A DNA stretch of 64,000 bases from contig JBGPQV010000004.1 in assembly GCA_041489255.1 (NCBI GenBank), positions 94,984 through 158,983 of the forward strand, given 5' to 3'. The notes beneath the pieces were generated by a model that did not search any database, was not told where the DNA came from, and saw only the letters and a list, made by a program, of their open reading frames with translations. This document shows positions 48,753-57,789 of the stretch, piece after piece; position 1 is the first letter of the stretch; the number at the start of each line of letters is the position of its first letter. This stretch comes from Thermoplasmata archaeon. GTDB lineage: Archaea > Thermoplasmatota > Thermoplasmata > RBG-16-68-12 > JAFNFQ01. A program made the translations under genes and the position numbers.

Positions 48753-48811
48753 AACTGCGCGGCGGCAATCCGGCGGCTGCCTCGGTAGCACATTTATCTA
48801 CACGGCGCATC

Positions 48812-49945
48812 ATGGCGGGCAAGATGGCCGAGGATTTCGTCGTCACGCCGTGGGAAGTCCATGGCGTCATTGACTACGCCAAGCTCATCGAACGTTTTGG
48901 CACACAGCCCATCCAGCCGGAGCTGATCGAGCGGGTCAGGAAGATCGCCGGCGAGGTTCACCCTATGCTGTCGAGGGGCATCTTCTACTCGCACAGGGAC
49001 TTCAACTGGATACTTGACGAATACGAAAAGGGCAACAGATTCGTCCTCTACACGGGGCGCGGGCCATCCAGCGGGATTCACCTCGGTCACATGCTGCCGT
49101 GGATTCTGACCAGGTGGCTGCAGGCAAAGTTCCAAGTGAAGCTCTATTTCCAAATCACCGACGACGAGAAGTTCCTGTTCAAGGACTTCGAGTCCCTGAA
49201 TGACGCGAATAAAATTGCTTATGACAACATCCTAGATATCATCGCTACGGGTTTCGATCCGAAGCTCACCAGGATCTTCCTCGATACCGAGTACATCCAC
49301 CACATGTATCCCGTCGCCGTCCGAGTCGCGAAACACGTCACATTCAGCACGACCAGGGCGGTATTCGGGTTCGAGCACAGCAACAACATCGGCGAGATAT
49401 TCTACACGAGCATGCAGGCCGTACCCTGCTTCCTGGAGAGCATAGAGCGGGGGAAGAACGTCCCCTGCATCATTCCCTGCGGGATAGACCAGGATCCGCA
49501 TTTCAGGATCACGAGGGATGTCGCCCCGTTGCTGGGGTTCTACAAGCCCGCGCTGCTTCACTGCAAGCTGTTGCCGAGTCTGCAGGGTTTCGGGGCGAAG
49601 ATGTCCTCATCCCAGCCGGAGACTGTGATCTTCGCGGCGGATAGCGAGAAGGAAACGCGAAGGAAGATCGGGAACGCCCTCACCGGCGGGAGGGCGACTG
49701 TCGAAGAACAGAGGAGGCTCGGTGCGAATCCGGACATCTGCGTCGTTTACGCGAACTACCAGTACATCTTTGAGCCCGACGAGGACCATCTGAAGGTGGT
49801 CCACGACACGTGCAAGTCGGGTGCGCGACTATGCGGGGAGTGCAAGTCCGAACTGGCCGACAAGGTGGTCGCATTCCTGAAAAAACACCAGGAAAGGCGG
49901 GAGAAGGCGCGAGATCACATTGAGGAGTTCATGCTGAGGGACTAG
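48812..49945 (+). CDS. trpS: Tryptophan-tRNA ligase
   Basis: VTPWEV, YTGRGPS, HLGH, DQDPHFR, KMSSS. Confidence 0.97.
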   Translation: MAGKMAEDFVVTPWEVHGVIDYAKLIERFGTQPIQPELIERVRKIAGEVHPMLSRGIFYSHRDFNWILDEYEKGNRFVLYTGRGPSSGIHLGHMLPWILTRWLQAKFQVKLYFQITDDEKFLFKDFESLNDANKIAYDNILDIIATGFDPKLTRIFLDTEYIHHMYPVAVRVAKHVTFSTTRAVFGFEHSNNIGEIFYTSMQAVPCFLESIERGKNVPCIIPCGIDQDPHFRITRDVAPLLGFYKPALLHCKLLPSLQGFGAKMSSSQPETVIFAADSEKETRRKIGNALTGGRATVEEQRRLGANPDICVVYANYQYIFEPDEDHLKVVHDTCKSGARLCGECKSELADKVVAFLKKHQERREKARDHIEEFMLRD

Positions 49946-50655
49946 GAGACGACCTGGGTCACTCTGAACCCCTTGTCAAAAATAATCGCGTGATATGATG
50001 TGCTGTGGTTAGTCCCTCGCATCTTGACGATTCTCAAACGCCTTTGCATGCCAAATTCGCCTTGCTTCTCGAGCTTCAAGTGGATTATTCCGTCGGCTAG
50101 GTAGTCCTCTCTATGTCTGCTGAAGCCTGGATGTTCCAGTGTCACCGCGTCAGAACTTGACGAAGCAAGCTCCCCAATGACGAGAGACGTGCAATCCAAC
50201 TCACGCAACCAGCTGAAGAGTTCGAATATGTCTTTTCTGTGGTTCCTAGTGTGTGCAAGAATCTCCAGAGCGTCGAGCGAATCTAAGACAAGAAAGCGGA
50301 AGCCGAATTTCTTCCTTAGCCCAGAGGCATACATCTTGAAGAAGTCGATCCAGGGAGTCTCCGACTCCTTGACCTTGGTCCTCAGAGCGGCAAGGTCAAG
50401 GACGCTGAGATACTCTGCCGACGCTTTTTCATCATATCCCAATCGGTTCATCTGATAGAGCAGGCTCGATGCGTGCTGTTCAAGCGAAACGTAGATTCCT
50501 GGCAAGCCCCTCAAAGCGTTCTCGTGGATGATTGCGTAAGAGAGGGACGACTTCATCGTGCCGGGTGCCCCGACAATAAGAACAACCTGGCCTGCGGGGA
50601 TTCCTCCCCCGAGGATTTCGTCGAGACCCTCTTGATAGGTGCGAATCTTATCCAT
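49942..50655 (-). CDS. KaiC/RAD55-like ATPase
   Basis: LDEILGGGIP, GAPGTMKS, SLEQ, LVLDS, KMRG. Confidence 0.9.
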   Translation of the reverse strand: MDKIRTYQEGLDEILGGGIPAGQVVLIVGAPGTMKSSLSYAIIHENALRGLPGIYVSLEQHASSLLYQMNRLGYDEKASAEYLSVLDLAALRTKVKESETPWIDFFKMYASGLRKKFGFRFLVLDSLDALEILAHTRNHRKDIFELFSWLRELDCTSLVIGELASSSSDAVTLEHPGFSRHREDYLADGIIHLKLEKQGEFGMQRRLRIVKMRGTNHSTSYHAIIFDKGFRVTQVVS

Positions 50656-52387
50656 TCATTGAACCTCCGACAACCTCGAGCCATTCTTTGAGCTCAGATG
50701 ACCTTTCCAGCATCTTGTCGACCTTCCTCAGGGCGGACTCGTGACTCTCGAGCAGCTTCAATAGTTCCTCTGTTGTTTTGTAGAGCGCGGGGAAGTCCTC
50801 TGGCTCGATATCTTTTTCGTCCAGCCCCAGGATTTGGAGCGTCTGCTCATACAACGCACGCCCCCCTTCACCCAGGGCCTCCTCAAAAGCTCCCCTTGCC
50901 CTCCCGCCATAATGCGACGCGTTTTCACCAAGTCCTGTGCCAAAGCCAAAATCTGTCGCTTTCACGAGCCAGCCGTGCTTATCCCGGCGCGTAACCGATG
51001 CACTGGGCCACGGGCCCTTTGCCAAGTCGTCGAGCGTTATGCTTCGGAATCGGTCCAACTTCGAGACTATGGCACCGACCTGTGACAGGCCGCTGTCCAA
51101 TACCTTGGAATCACCAGGGTTCCGAGACAAGCTTGTCAAAATGCGCTTCAGGAACTCCTGCAGATCCAGGATATGATACATCATCATATCCTCCATCCGC
51201 ATCTTCTTGGAGTTGCAGAAAATGCGGAGCATGTGATGAGACGCAGGACCTAGTTCCATATGCAGTATGGCGGCAATCTCCTCCTCGACTACTGGGAGCT
51301 TCCAATAGTACGCCGGCAAGCCTGCGAATTCCCTGACTTCCGCGCGCGTGAGACAGGAGAGAGAGGCGAGAGTGACGCAATGGTTCATTCTGGAATGATT
51401 CGAGACCGCCTTCATTGCCTCAAGACTCTCCATCAGTCCAGAGTTACACACCAGGCACGAGAGGTCCTCTATGAGGAAGACTGACTGAGGATATTCCCGC
51501 GAGATGAGCATGATAGTCTTCACAACCTTCAAGGCACAATGTTGGCTCGAAGGGATCTTCAGTAGCTGGGCGTTGCCATACCTATGCTTGGCATCCTCTG
51601 ACTCGCTGCGCACGAATACCCATGTCGGCATGCCGGCGCGCGCTCTCCGCTTCACCAGCTCGGCAGCATATTTCGGTCGCGCCTCGTCGAGGAGATGGAG
51701 ACCTGCCTGCAGACCATCAGGAGGATGGGCATTTGCAATTACGAGAGGCCGTTTGAATGTGAGGGGATTGGCTTTCCATGCGGACCAGAGGAACGCCGCG
51801 AAAGCTAGTGGCGCGGCTGGGATCACACCAAGCGCATGTTCCCATCCGACAGATTCCAACTCGAGAGAGTAGACTGGACCGGAGACGATGAGGAGGATCA
51901 TCCCTACGATGCAAGCGAATGCCGCTTCTCCCTTGAGCGAGGAATGCAGCCACGTCGCAATCGACTCTGCGAGGGCAAAAGCGAGCCACATTGCCGGGAT
52001 GATGCTCACGGGATATGTTGCGTAAACAGCATCTGGTCCCCACCCGAGAGCTATGCCTGTCGCCATGGCGGGAAGCATGGACACAACGGCAAGCGAGATG
52101 AAAAGGGTCCGTCGTCGCCCCCAATAGTCACGCAGGACCGCAAGGACGCAACCAGCAGCCAAAGGATGTACTGCCAATAATGCAATGTAGCCCAGAGCAC
52201 CAACCCAACTTCCTCCAAGATCAGGCCACCCGGGCAGAGCCGCCACCAAGTTCGCGACGAGCAGACACACTCCAAACAGGATGAAGACAGTCTTCAGTCT
52301 TGCGCCCTTCAATGCAACAGCCGCCCATATCAATGCGGCAACCTGCATGAAGACCAGCGGGGCCAGGAATATCGAGTGAAATGTCAT
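50648..52387 (-). CDS. Multi-TM sensor-like protein with a DUF835-like domain and two C-terminal helical modules
   Basis: About 7 N-terminal TM helices; VFLIEDLSCLVCNSG resembles the DUF835 pattern; LGPA and LGEG helical modules. Confidence 0.65.
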   Translation of the reverse strand: MTFHSIFLAPLVFMQVAALIWAAVALKGARLKTVFILFGVCLLVANLVAALPGWPDLGGSWVGALGYIALLAVHPLAAGCVLAVLRDYWGRRRTLFISLAVVSMLPAMATGIALGWGPDAVYATYPVSIIPAMWLAFALAESIATWLHSSLKGEAAFACIVGMILLIVSGPVYSLELESVGWEHALGVIPAAPLAFAAFLWSAWKANPLTFKRPLVIANAHPPDGLQAGLHLLDEARPKYAAELVKRRARAGMPTWVFVRSESEDAKHRYGNAQLLKIPSSQHCALKVVKTIMLISREYPQSVFLIEDLSCLVCNSGLMESLEAMKAVSNHSRMNHCVTLASLSCLTRAEVREFAGLPAYYWKLPVVEEEIAAILHMELGPASHHMLRIFCNSKKMRMEDMMMYHILDLQEFLKRILTSLSRNPGDSKVLDSGLSQVGAIVSKLDRFRSITLDDLAKGPWPSASVTRRDKHGWLVKATDFGFGTGLGENASHYGGRARGAFEEALGEGGRALYEQTLQILGLDEKDIEPEDFPALYKTTEELLKLLESHESALRKVDKMLERSSELKEWLEVVGGSMNG

Positions 52388-52920
52388 GCGTCTTCCTCGA
52401 CGACTTTGAAGAGAGTGAGCGCAACTATGTCATTGGGGTTCCACTTACCATGGCGACCGATTGCAGCTCTGAATTTCTCCAGGGATGGATAACCCAGGGC
52501 GTGTATTTCCTCCTCTGAGACATCGGAGAGAAGCTTCCTGTAGCTACCCCGAATCTTAAGGTGTGCAAGCGCGGTGGAGCCATAGGCGTATTTAGCCGTC
52601 ACGACCTTCCCGGGTTTCAATTCCTGGGCCGCCTCGCAAGGGAGTGCAAGCATGGTCGCGGATCTCAGCAGGACCTGTTGTCCTTCTTCAAGCGTCAGTC
52701 CGAGCGTCCCAATCGGGCGCTTCTTCGGAAATCCCCCCGAGAACACCATGTGACCGGCGACGATTATCCCGAGTGTTGCGAACCCTCCGAGCAGCAGAAG
52801 CGGATACAATCCAAACTGGTAGAACATCTGGTGGTACCAGAATCCTGCCACGAGGAGGACGCTGATGACGAAGAGCGCCCCGACCTTGAGGAGCGACCCG
52901 GCGACGCTCTTTATGTTCAA
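52384..52920 (-). CDS. 2-TM membrane protein with an ASCH/PUA-like domain
   Basis: Two TM helices, then LKPGKVV...LSDVSEEEIHALGYPSLEKF. Confidence 0.65.
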   Translation of the reverse strand: MNIKSVAGSLLKVGALFVISVLLVAGFWYHQMFYQFGLYPLLLLGGFATLGIIVAGHMVFSGGFPKKRPIGTLGLTLEEGQQVLLRSATMLALPCEAAQELKPGKVVTAKYAYGSTALAHLKIRGSYRKLLSDVSEEEIHALGYPSLEKFRAAIGRHGKWNPNDIVALTLFKVVEEDA

Positions 52921-53660
52921 AGCTCGCCCCCCGAGATGGCTTTGGCGATCTCAAAACCTCCGGCGTCATAGATGAGAGTGAAGAAGTCACTGCTGTGGCA
53001 CACGCCCCTCATTTTCATGCATTGGATCCTCCTCTGGAACTCGTTCGGTCCAGTGAGATCGAGGCGGAGATTCACGATCGCGTCTGAGAGGTATTCCACT
53101 TCTTGCGAGCTATCATCATCCTCCAAAGGCGCAACCTCGGTAACCAAGAAGCAGGTCAGACCCAATCCTCTCAACCACTCGAGGAGCCTGAATGTGTCCA
53201 GACGCGTTTCGGTGAATTCAAGCAGAACCTCCAATGCATCCCACGAATCCAAGACTAGGATCGAGTAACCGCCCGCGCGCTGTGTTCGCTCGATGTGCCC
53301 TCTCAACAATGCCTCCAATCGATGCGATTCGCCGGCGCTTGAAGACAGATTGAGCCATTGAGAAGCCGCGGCGAGCTGTTCCCGCCCCTTGCTTAGATCC
53401 AGGAAGTGGAGATTGCGAGAGGGTTTGTTGACATCCATACCGAGTTCGAACATCTGCCCCAGAATGGATCGAGGACTCTGTTCCAGAGTCACATAGAGAA
53501 CTCGCCGCCCCGCCAGAGCGTTCCAATGTGCAATGTAGTAGGCTACGGTCGATTTCATTGTGCCAGCCGCGCCCCTCAGGAGTACTACATGCCCTTGCGG
53601 CACTCCTCCGCCGATTGCCTCGTCGAAACCTTTGATGTGCGTGGGCACTAGTTCCTGCAC
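52917..53660 (-). CDS. KaiC/RAD55-like ATPase
   Basis: FDEAIGGGVP, GAAGTMKS, TLEQ, LVLDS, KMRG. Confidence 0.9.
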   Translation of the reverse strand: MQELVPTHIKGFDEAIGGGVPQGHVVLLRGAAGTMKSTVAYYIAHWNALAGRRVLYVTLEQSPRSILGQMFELGMDVNKPSRNLHFLDLSKGREQLAAASQWLNLSSSAGESHRLEALLRGHIERTQRAGGYSILVLDSWDALEVLLEFTETRLDTFRLLEWLRGLGLTCFLVTEVAPLEDDDSSQEVEYLSDAIVNLRLDLTGPNEFQRRIQCMKMRGVCHSSDFFTLIYDAGGFEIAKAISGGEL

Positions 53661-53668
53661 AGGTCACC

Positions 53669-54994
53669 TCAGGGACTCAATGCTTTAGTCACGCGGAATG
53701 CTCCCTCGTCGACCAGCATGGCCATGTAGTTCGTCTCGTGACGTGTGCCCCTCATCTTGACACACCTGATTCTTCTATGCACGTCAGTGTCGGTTGAATG
53801 GTGCAATCTCAATTGTATGATGCCATCAGCCAGGAAGTCCTCATCCCAGCGACCTTGGATGATATTACCGTTTATGATTACGTCCGGCCGCTCGACGATG
53901 ACGATCGTTGTGAGTTTGAGATCTCTCAGCCATTGGAATAGATCAAATATCTCTCTTCGACGTTCCTTGAACCTTCCGAGCACCTCAAGCGCATCCAAAG
54001 AGTCCAACACCAGAATCTTGAACTCGCCTTGTTCCAAGGCTTTCTCCAAATGGTATTTCAATATCATCAACCAGTTCTGGCGAGTGTTCTTGAGTTTCTT
54101 TCCCAGAGAAGCCAAGTCGATTATCGCGAGATTCCCCCCTAACTGGTCGAGCGGAATTCCTGTAGAGAGTGCCTGCCTGAGGAGACTCCCGCTGTTTTCC
54201 TCAAGAGTCACATAGAGTGCCTTGCGCCCCGCAATCGCTGCGTTGTTCGCAGCGATGTAGAAGGAGAGTGTCGATTTCATCGTTCCAGGGGAGCCGGAGA
54301 TGAGGACCACATGACCCTCTGGGATGCCGCCATCCAAAGCTTCGTCAAAGCCTTCGATGTAGGTCTTGATTCGTGGCACATCCACCTTGACTCGGGGCCC
54401 TTGCGGATGTCCGATCGCATGATTGTCGGACAACATGTGGGCACCTTCCGGCGCAGGTCGTTCATAAGGCTCTGACGCCGGTGATCGGGCAACGCCAGGG
54501 GCGTTGATGTTGATTGTGACATTGGGTGGAGCGGCCAGAACGACGCTCTTCCTCACACGTGCAGTCTTTCCGCTCTTCGAGTTAGGAGGCATCTCGACGA
54601 GAGGGTCAACCACGAGGGGGGATTCCCGATTCTTGGCTGCTACCGCATCGCCGTCTGAATCACCCTTGGCCGCCATCAATAATGCGGCGCTCCTCAGATT
54701 GCTGTCGATCTCCTTGAAATCATCATCGAGGTCTGATGCACTTTTCTCCTTCTTGCCACTTCCTTTCCCCTGAGGCTCTTGATCGAGCTCCTCGGGCTTG
54801 AGCTCTTCTTTCCGGTCCACCTTGCCCATAATTGCGGAGAATATCTCTCCGCTCATCGCTCGCTCCAACACGATTGTCTTGGACGGGTCCAGCTCAGCTT
54901 TTCCACGTTCGCGGATCCGCCGCCCGCATATCCTGCAACTCATCGCGGTCGGCTTGTTGACCGACCTGCAGAAAGGGCAAGTGATCGTCTTCAT
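53669..54994 (-). CDS. Zn-ribbon + linker + KaiC/RAD55-like ATPase
   Basis: CPFC..CRICG; FDEALDGGIP, GSPGTMKS, TLEE, LVLDS, KMRG. Confidence 0.9.
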   Translation of the reverse strand: MKTITCPFCRSVNKPTAMSCRICGRRIRERGKAELDPSKTIVLERAMSGEIFSAIMGKVDRKEELKPEELDQEPQGKGSGKKEKSASDLDDDFKEIDSNLRSAALLMAAKGDSDGDAVAAKNRESPLVVDPLVEMPPNSKSGKTARVRKSVVLAAPPNVTININAPGVARSPASEPYERPAPEGAHMLSDNHAIGHPQGPRVKVDVPRIKTYIEGFDEALDGGIPEGHVVLISGSPGTMKSTLSFYIAANNAAIAGRKALYVTLEENSGSLLRQALSTGIPLDQLGGNLAIIDLASLGKKLKNTRQNWLMILKYHLEKALEQGEFKILVLDSLDALEVLGRFKERRREIFDLFQWLRDLKLTTIVIVERPDVIINGNIIQGRWDEDFLADGIIQLRLHHSTDTDVHRRIRCVKMRGTRHETNYMAMLVDEGAFRVTKALSP

Positions 54995-55001
54995 GTTGTA
55001 C

Positions 55002-55727
55002 CTAGGCGCTGAGAGCTCTGGTCACGCTGAACTTCCCGTCCTCGAAGACCAGCGCGAAGAATCCAGTCCTGTGATTTGCGCTCCTCATCTTCACAACCCG
55101 CAGACGTCGCTGTATGGTGACGTCATTCACCTGATGCATCTTGAGGTGCAAGATGCCGTCCGAGAGGTAACCTTCGTCGTTTCTGGGCAACGACTGGTCA
55201 AGTCCCAGCAGTGTTTGTTCTGGAGGTGCCTCGGTGAGGACCAAGGAGATCGCATCAAGGTCCCGGAGCCATTCGAAGAAATGGAAAAGGGCGGTTCGGC
55301 GATTCTCAAACTGGGCGAGCACCTCGAGAGCCTCGAGAGAATCCAACACGATCAGGTCGACCCCATCAATCCGTTTCTTGGTTTCGAGCAACTTCCTCAA
55401 TAGATTCATCCAAGGTACGGCTGCGTTCTTTCCAGTTAGTTTCTGCATCGAGCCCACGTCGACGATGTGAAGGTCCCCCTCGGTCATCCCTACGTCGAAC
55501 CCCATCGATTCCATCTGTCGACAGAACCTCTTCTTGGTCTGTTCAAGGCTCACGTAGAGGCATTTCGAACCATTGCTCTTCGCATTATGATTAAGTATCG
55601 CGTATGCTATCGAGGATTTCATCGTCCCGGGCAATCCCGAGATGAGAACGACATGACCCTTCGGGATGCCGCCGCCGAGCACCTCGTCAAACCCTTCTAT
55701 GCCGGTTTCCAGTTTGACATTCTCCAT
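55002..55727 (-). CDS. KaiC/RAD55-like ATPase
   Basis: TGIEGFDEVLGGGIP, GLPGTMKS, SLEQ, IVLDS, KMRS; alternative GTG start at 55742. Confidence 0.9.
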   Translation of the reverse strand: MENVKLETGIEGFDEVLGGGIPKGHVVLISGLPGTMKSSIAYAILNHNAKSNGSKCLYVSLEQTKKRFCRQMESMGFDVGMTEGDLHIVDVGSMQKLTGKNAAVPWMNLLRKLLETKKRIDGVDLIVLDSLEALEVLAQFENRRTALFHFFEWLRDLDAISLVLTEAPPEQTLLGLDQSLPRNDEGYLSDGILHLKMHQVNDVTIQRRLRVVKMRSANHRTGFFALVFEDGKFSVTRALSA

Positions 55728-55738
55728 TTGTTCGCCTC

Positions 55739-56173
55739 TCACTCTGTCTGCTCCACAGACAGTTTGACTCCATCGGCACGATGTCCGGTATGCGGACTCG
55801 AGCCTTGATCCAAGGTGTCCGCGATTTTCCTGCCGACTTTCTCCAATTGCATCAAAACCAAACCAAGATTCGCATCTGGGAAAACCAAGGACATGAGCAG
55901 AGCCTGCGGCCCGGCATCTGTAATCAATAACTTGCCGTGCTCACATTCCACGATTGTGCGCAGAAATCGTCCCTGCCTCAGGTGTTCCGTCGCCAGTTCC
56001 GCAGTGCCGGATATCGCAGCTGTCATGGCTGCGACGACTTTCGGGTCCGCACCGCTCATCAATCCATGGGTGAGGACGATGCCATCGCGACGCACGAGGG
56101 CGAACGCCGTCACGTCGCTTATGTCTCTGATATCATCAACAATATCGTTCAACCCTGTCCATATGTCCCTCAC
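55739..56173 (-). CDS. Roadblock/LC7 (MglB-like) protein
   Basis: LVRRDGIVL, VAAMTAAI, ANLGLVL. Confidence 0.88.
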   Translation of the reverse strand: MRDIWTGLNDIVDDIRDISDVTAFALVRRDGIVLTHGLMSGADPKVVAAMTAAISGTAELATEHLRQGRFLRTIVECEHGKLLITDAGPQALLMSLVFPDANLGLVLMQLEKVGRKIADTLDQGSSPHTGHRADGVKLSVEQTE

Positions 56174-56595
56174 GCGGAGTGCCCCCCATGGAGCCCTCTT
56201 AGAATCTCCTTCCCCCCCTCCGTGCTGAGGAATCCCTCTATCTCCTTCGCGGATCTCTTCAGACTCAAGAGCACCAGGCCGACATTGGCATCCCGCTTGA
56301 CTAATGCGATCAGAATCGCCTCCTCGCCCGCGCCAACTCCGAGGACAGTGCCGTCGTCGCTCTGGACGATGACCTCTCTGAATGCGCCCTGTTCGAGTTC
56401 GCTCACAGCCATCTCACTCGTACCGACGATTGATGCAGCCATCGCGGCCAATTTGCGCGGTTCTAGGCGCCTGGATGAATTAGCTGCTATGACCAGACCG
56501 TCCCTCTGGGCGACGATGACTGCCAAGACCTCCGACAGCCGCCGAAGCTGTGCCAACGCCTCGTCCAATGTCCCGCGGGCAGTCGCAACGACCAC
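56170..56595 (-). CDS. Roadblock/LC7 (MglB-like) protein
   Basis: AQRDGLVIA, LAAMAASI, ANVGLVL. Confidence 0.88.
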   Translation of the reverse strand: MVVATARGTLDEALAQLRRLSEVLAVIVAQRDGLVIAANSSRRLEPRKLAAMAASIVGTSEMAVSELEQGAFREVIVQSDDGTVLGVGAGEEAILIALVKRDANVGLVLLSLKRSAKEIEGFLSTEGGKEILRGLHGGHSA

Positions 56596-57789
56596 CTATT
56601 TCACTCCTATGATCTGCTGAGCCAACAGCTTGAAGGCTTCCTTCAGGCCGACGCCGCGCGTCGCGATGGAGGATACGACCGGGACATCCTGGCCGAGGCC
56701 AATCGCATCCCTGATTCTTTGAGGAGACAGAGCATCGGGGAGATCGCTCTTGTTGGCCACAATGACAAACGGAAGGCCGGGCCCGACTAGCTTCAACATG
56801 CTCTTCGCTCTCTCGAAATCCTCCGGGCGGGAGGCATCCACGACAAGAAGAATCCCACTGACTTCCCGCGCGAATATCTTAAAAATGAACTCGAATCTTT
56901 CCTGCCCTGGAGTCCCGAATACCTCGGCCTCGAGCCCCATCGTGTTAACATTCCCATAGTCGAACGCGACCGTGGTTCCCATTCTGTCGATGTTGACAGA
57001 AGTGTTGCAAAGGTTCTTGACGACCGTGGATTTTCCGGCATTGAATGGACCCGTTACCAGAATGCGAGGGAAATAGACCGTCACGCCCACGATGTCCTTG
57101 AATGTGTATGGGACCCAGTTGGTCTTGAAGCCGCCGTCCTTCAAATCCTCTATTCGCATCAGGCTCCTAACGACACCGCCGCTGATGATGCTCTGGAATT
57201 CCACAACATAGTCTGTCATGTCTCTCATGCTGCTTATGCCCGAAGAGTCGTAGGTCCAGTTGATGAAGAGGAAGCAGAGTGTGGAGCCAATCTCCCTTGC
57301 CTCAGCGCTTAATCTCCGCCAGAAGTCCAAAACCTTCTCCTCGGGAAAACGGTCCGCGAGAAACTCTACCGAGTCTATCACCACGCGTTGCGGCCTCATC
57401 TCTCTGATCGCTCTGCTGACGACGTCAAAGATCCCCTCGAGATTCTCGACATCCTTGATGGCATACTTCTCCGTGCAAGGTAGTAATAGTTGCGAAGACG
57501 TGGCATCGACGATTATCAGTTTGTCCTCCGGGTATGTCCCGAACTTGGTGAACTCCCTTCGGGCGAGTTGTGGCGCTCTGAAGAAATCGACATAGAGACA
57601 TGTTTCATTGTTCTTGACGCCCGCCATGACAAATTGTTCAGCGAAAATCCTCTTCTCGGCAGGTATCTCGGAGAAAAGGAGCAGGGTGGAGTTCCTTGGG
57701 AAACCGCCGCCCAATTTCTCATCGAGCAACTGTATGCCCGTCATCGCCTTCTCCTGGCTCTTCTCTTCGACATTGGTCACAATACTCAT
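56596..57789 (-). CDS. Fusion of a degenerate KaiC/RAD55-like domain and an MglA-like small GTPase
   Basis: N-terminal TGIQLLDEKLGGGFP with a broken P-loop (SEIPAEKR); C-terminal GPFNAGKST, TTVAFDYG, GTPGQERF, NKSD. Confidence 0.88.
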   Translation of the reverse strand: MSIVTNVEEKSQEKAMTGIQLLDEKLGGGFPRNSTLLLFSEIPAEKRIFAEQFVMAGVKNNETCLYVDFFRAPQLARREFTKFGTYPEDKLIIVDATSSQLLLPCTEKYAIKDVENLEGIFDVVSRAIREMRPQRVVIDSVEFLADRFPEEKVLDFWRRLSAEAREIGSTLCFLFINWTYDSSGISSMRDMTDYVVEFQSIISGGVVRSLMRIEDLKDGGFKTNWVPYTFKDIVGVTVYFPRILVTGPFNAGKSTVVKNLCNTSVNIDRMGTTVAFDYGNVNTMGLEAEVFGTPGQERFEFIFKIFAREVSGILLVVDASRPEDFERAKSMLKLVGPGLPFVIVANKSDLPDALSPQRIRDAIGLGQDVPVVSSIATRGVGLKEAFKLLAQQIIGVK

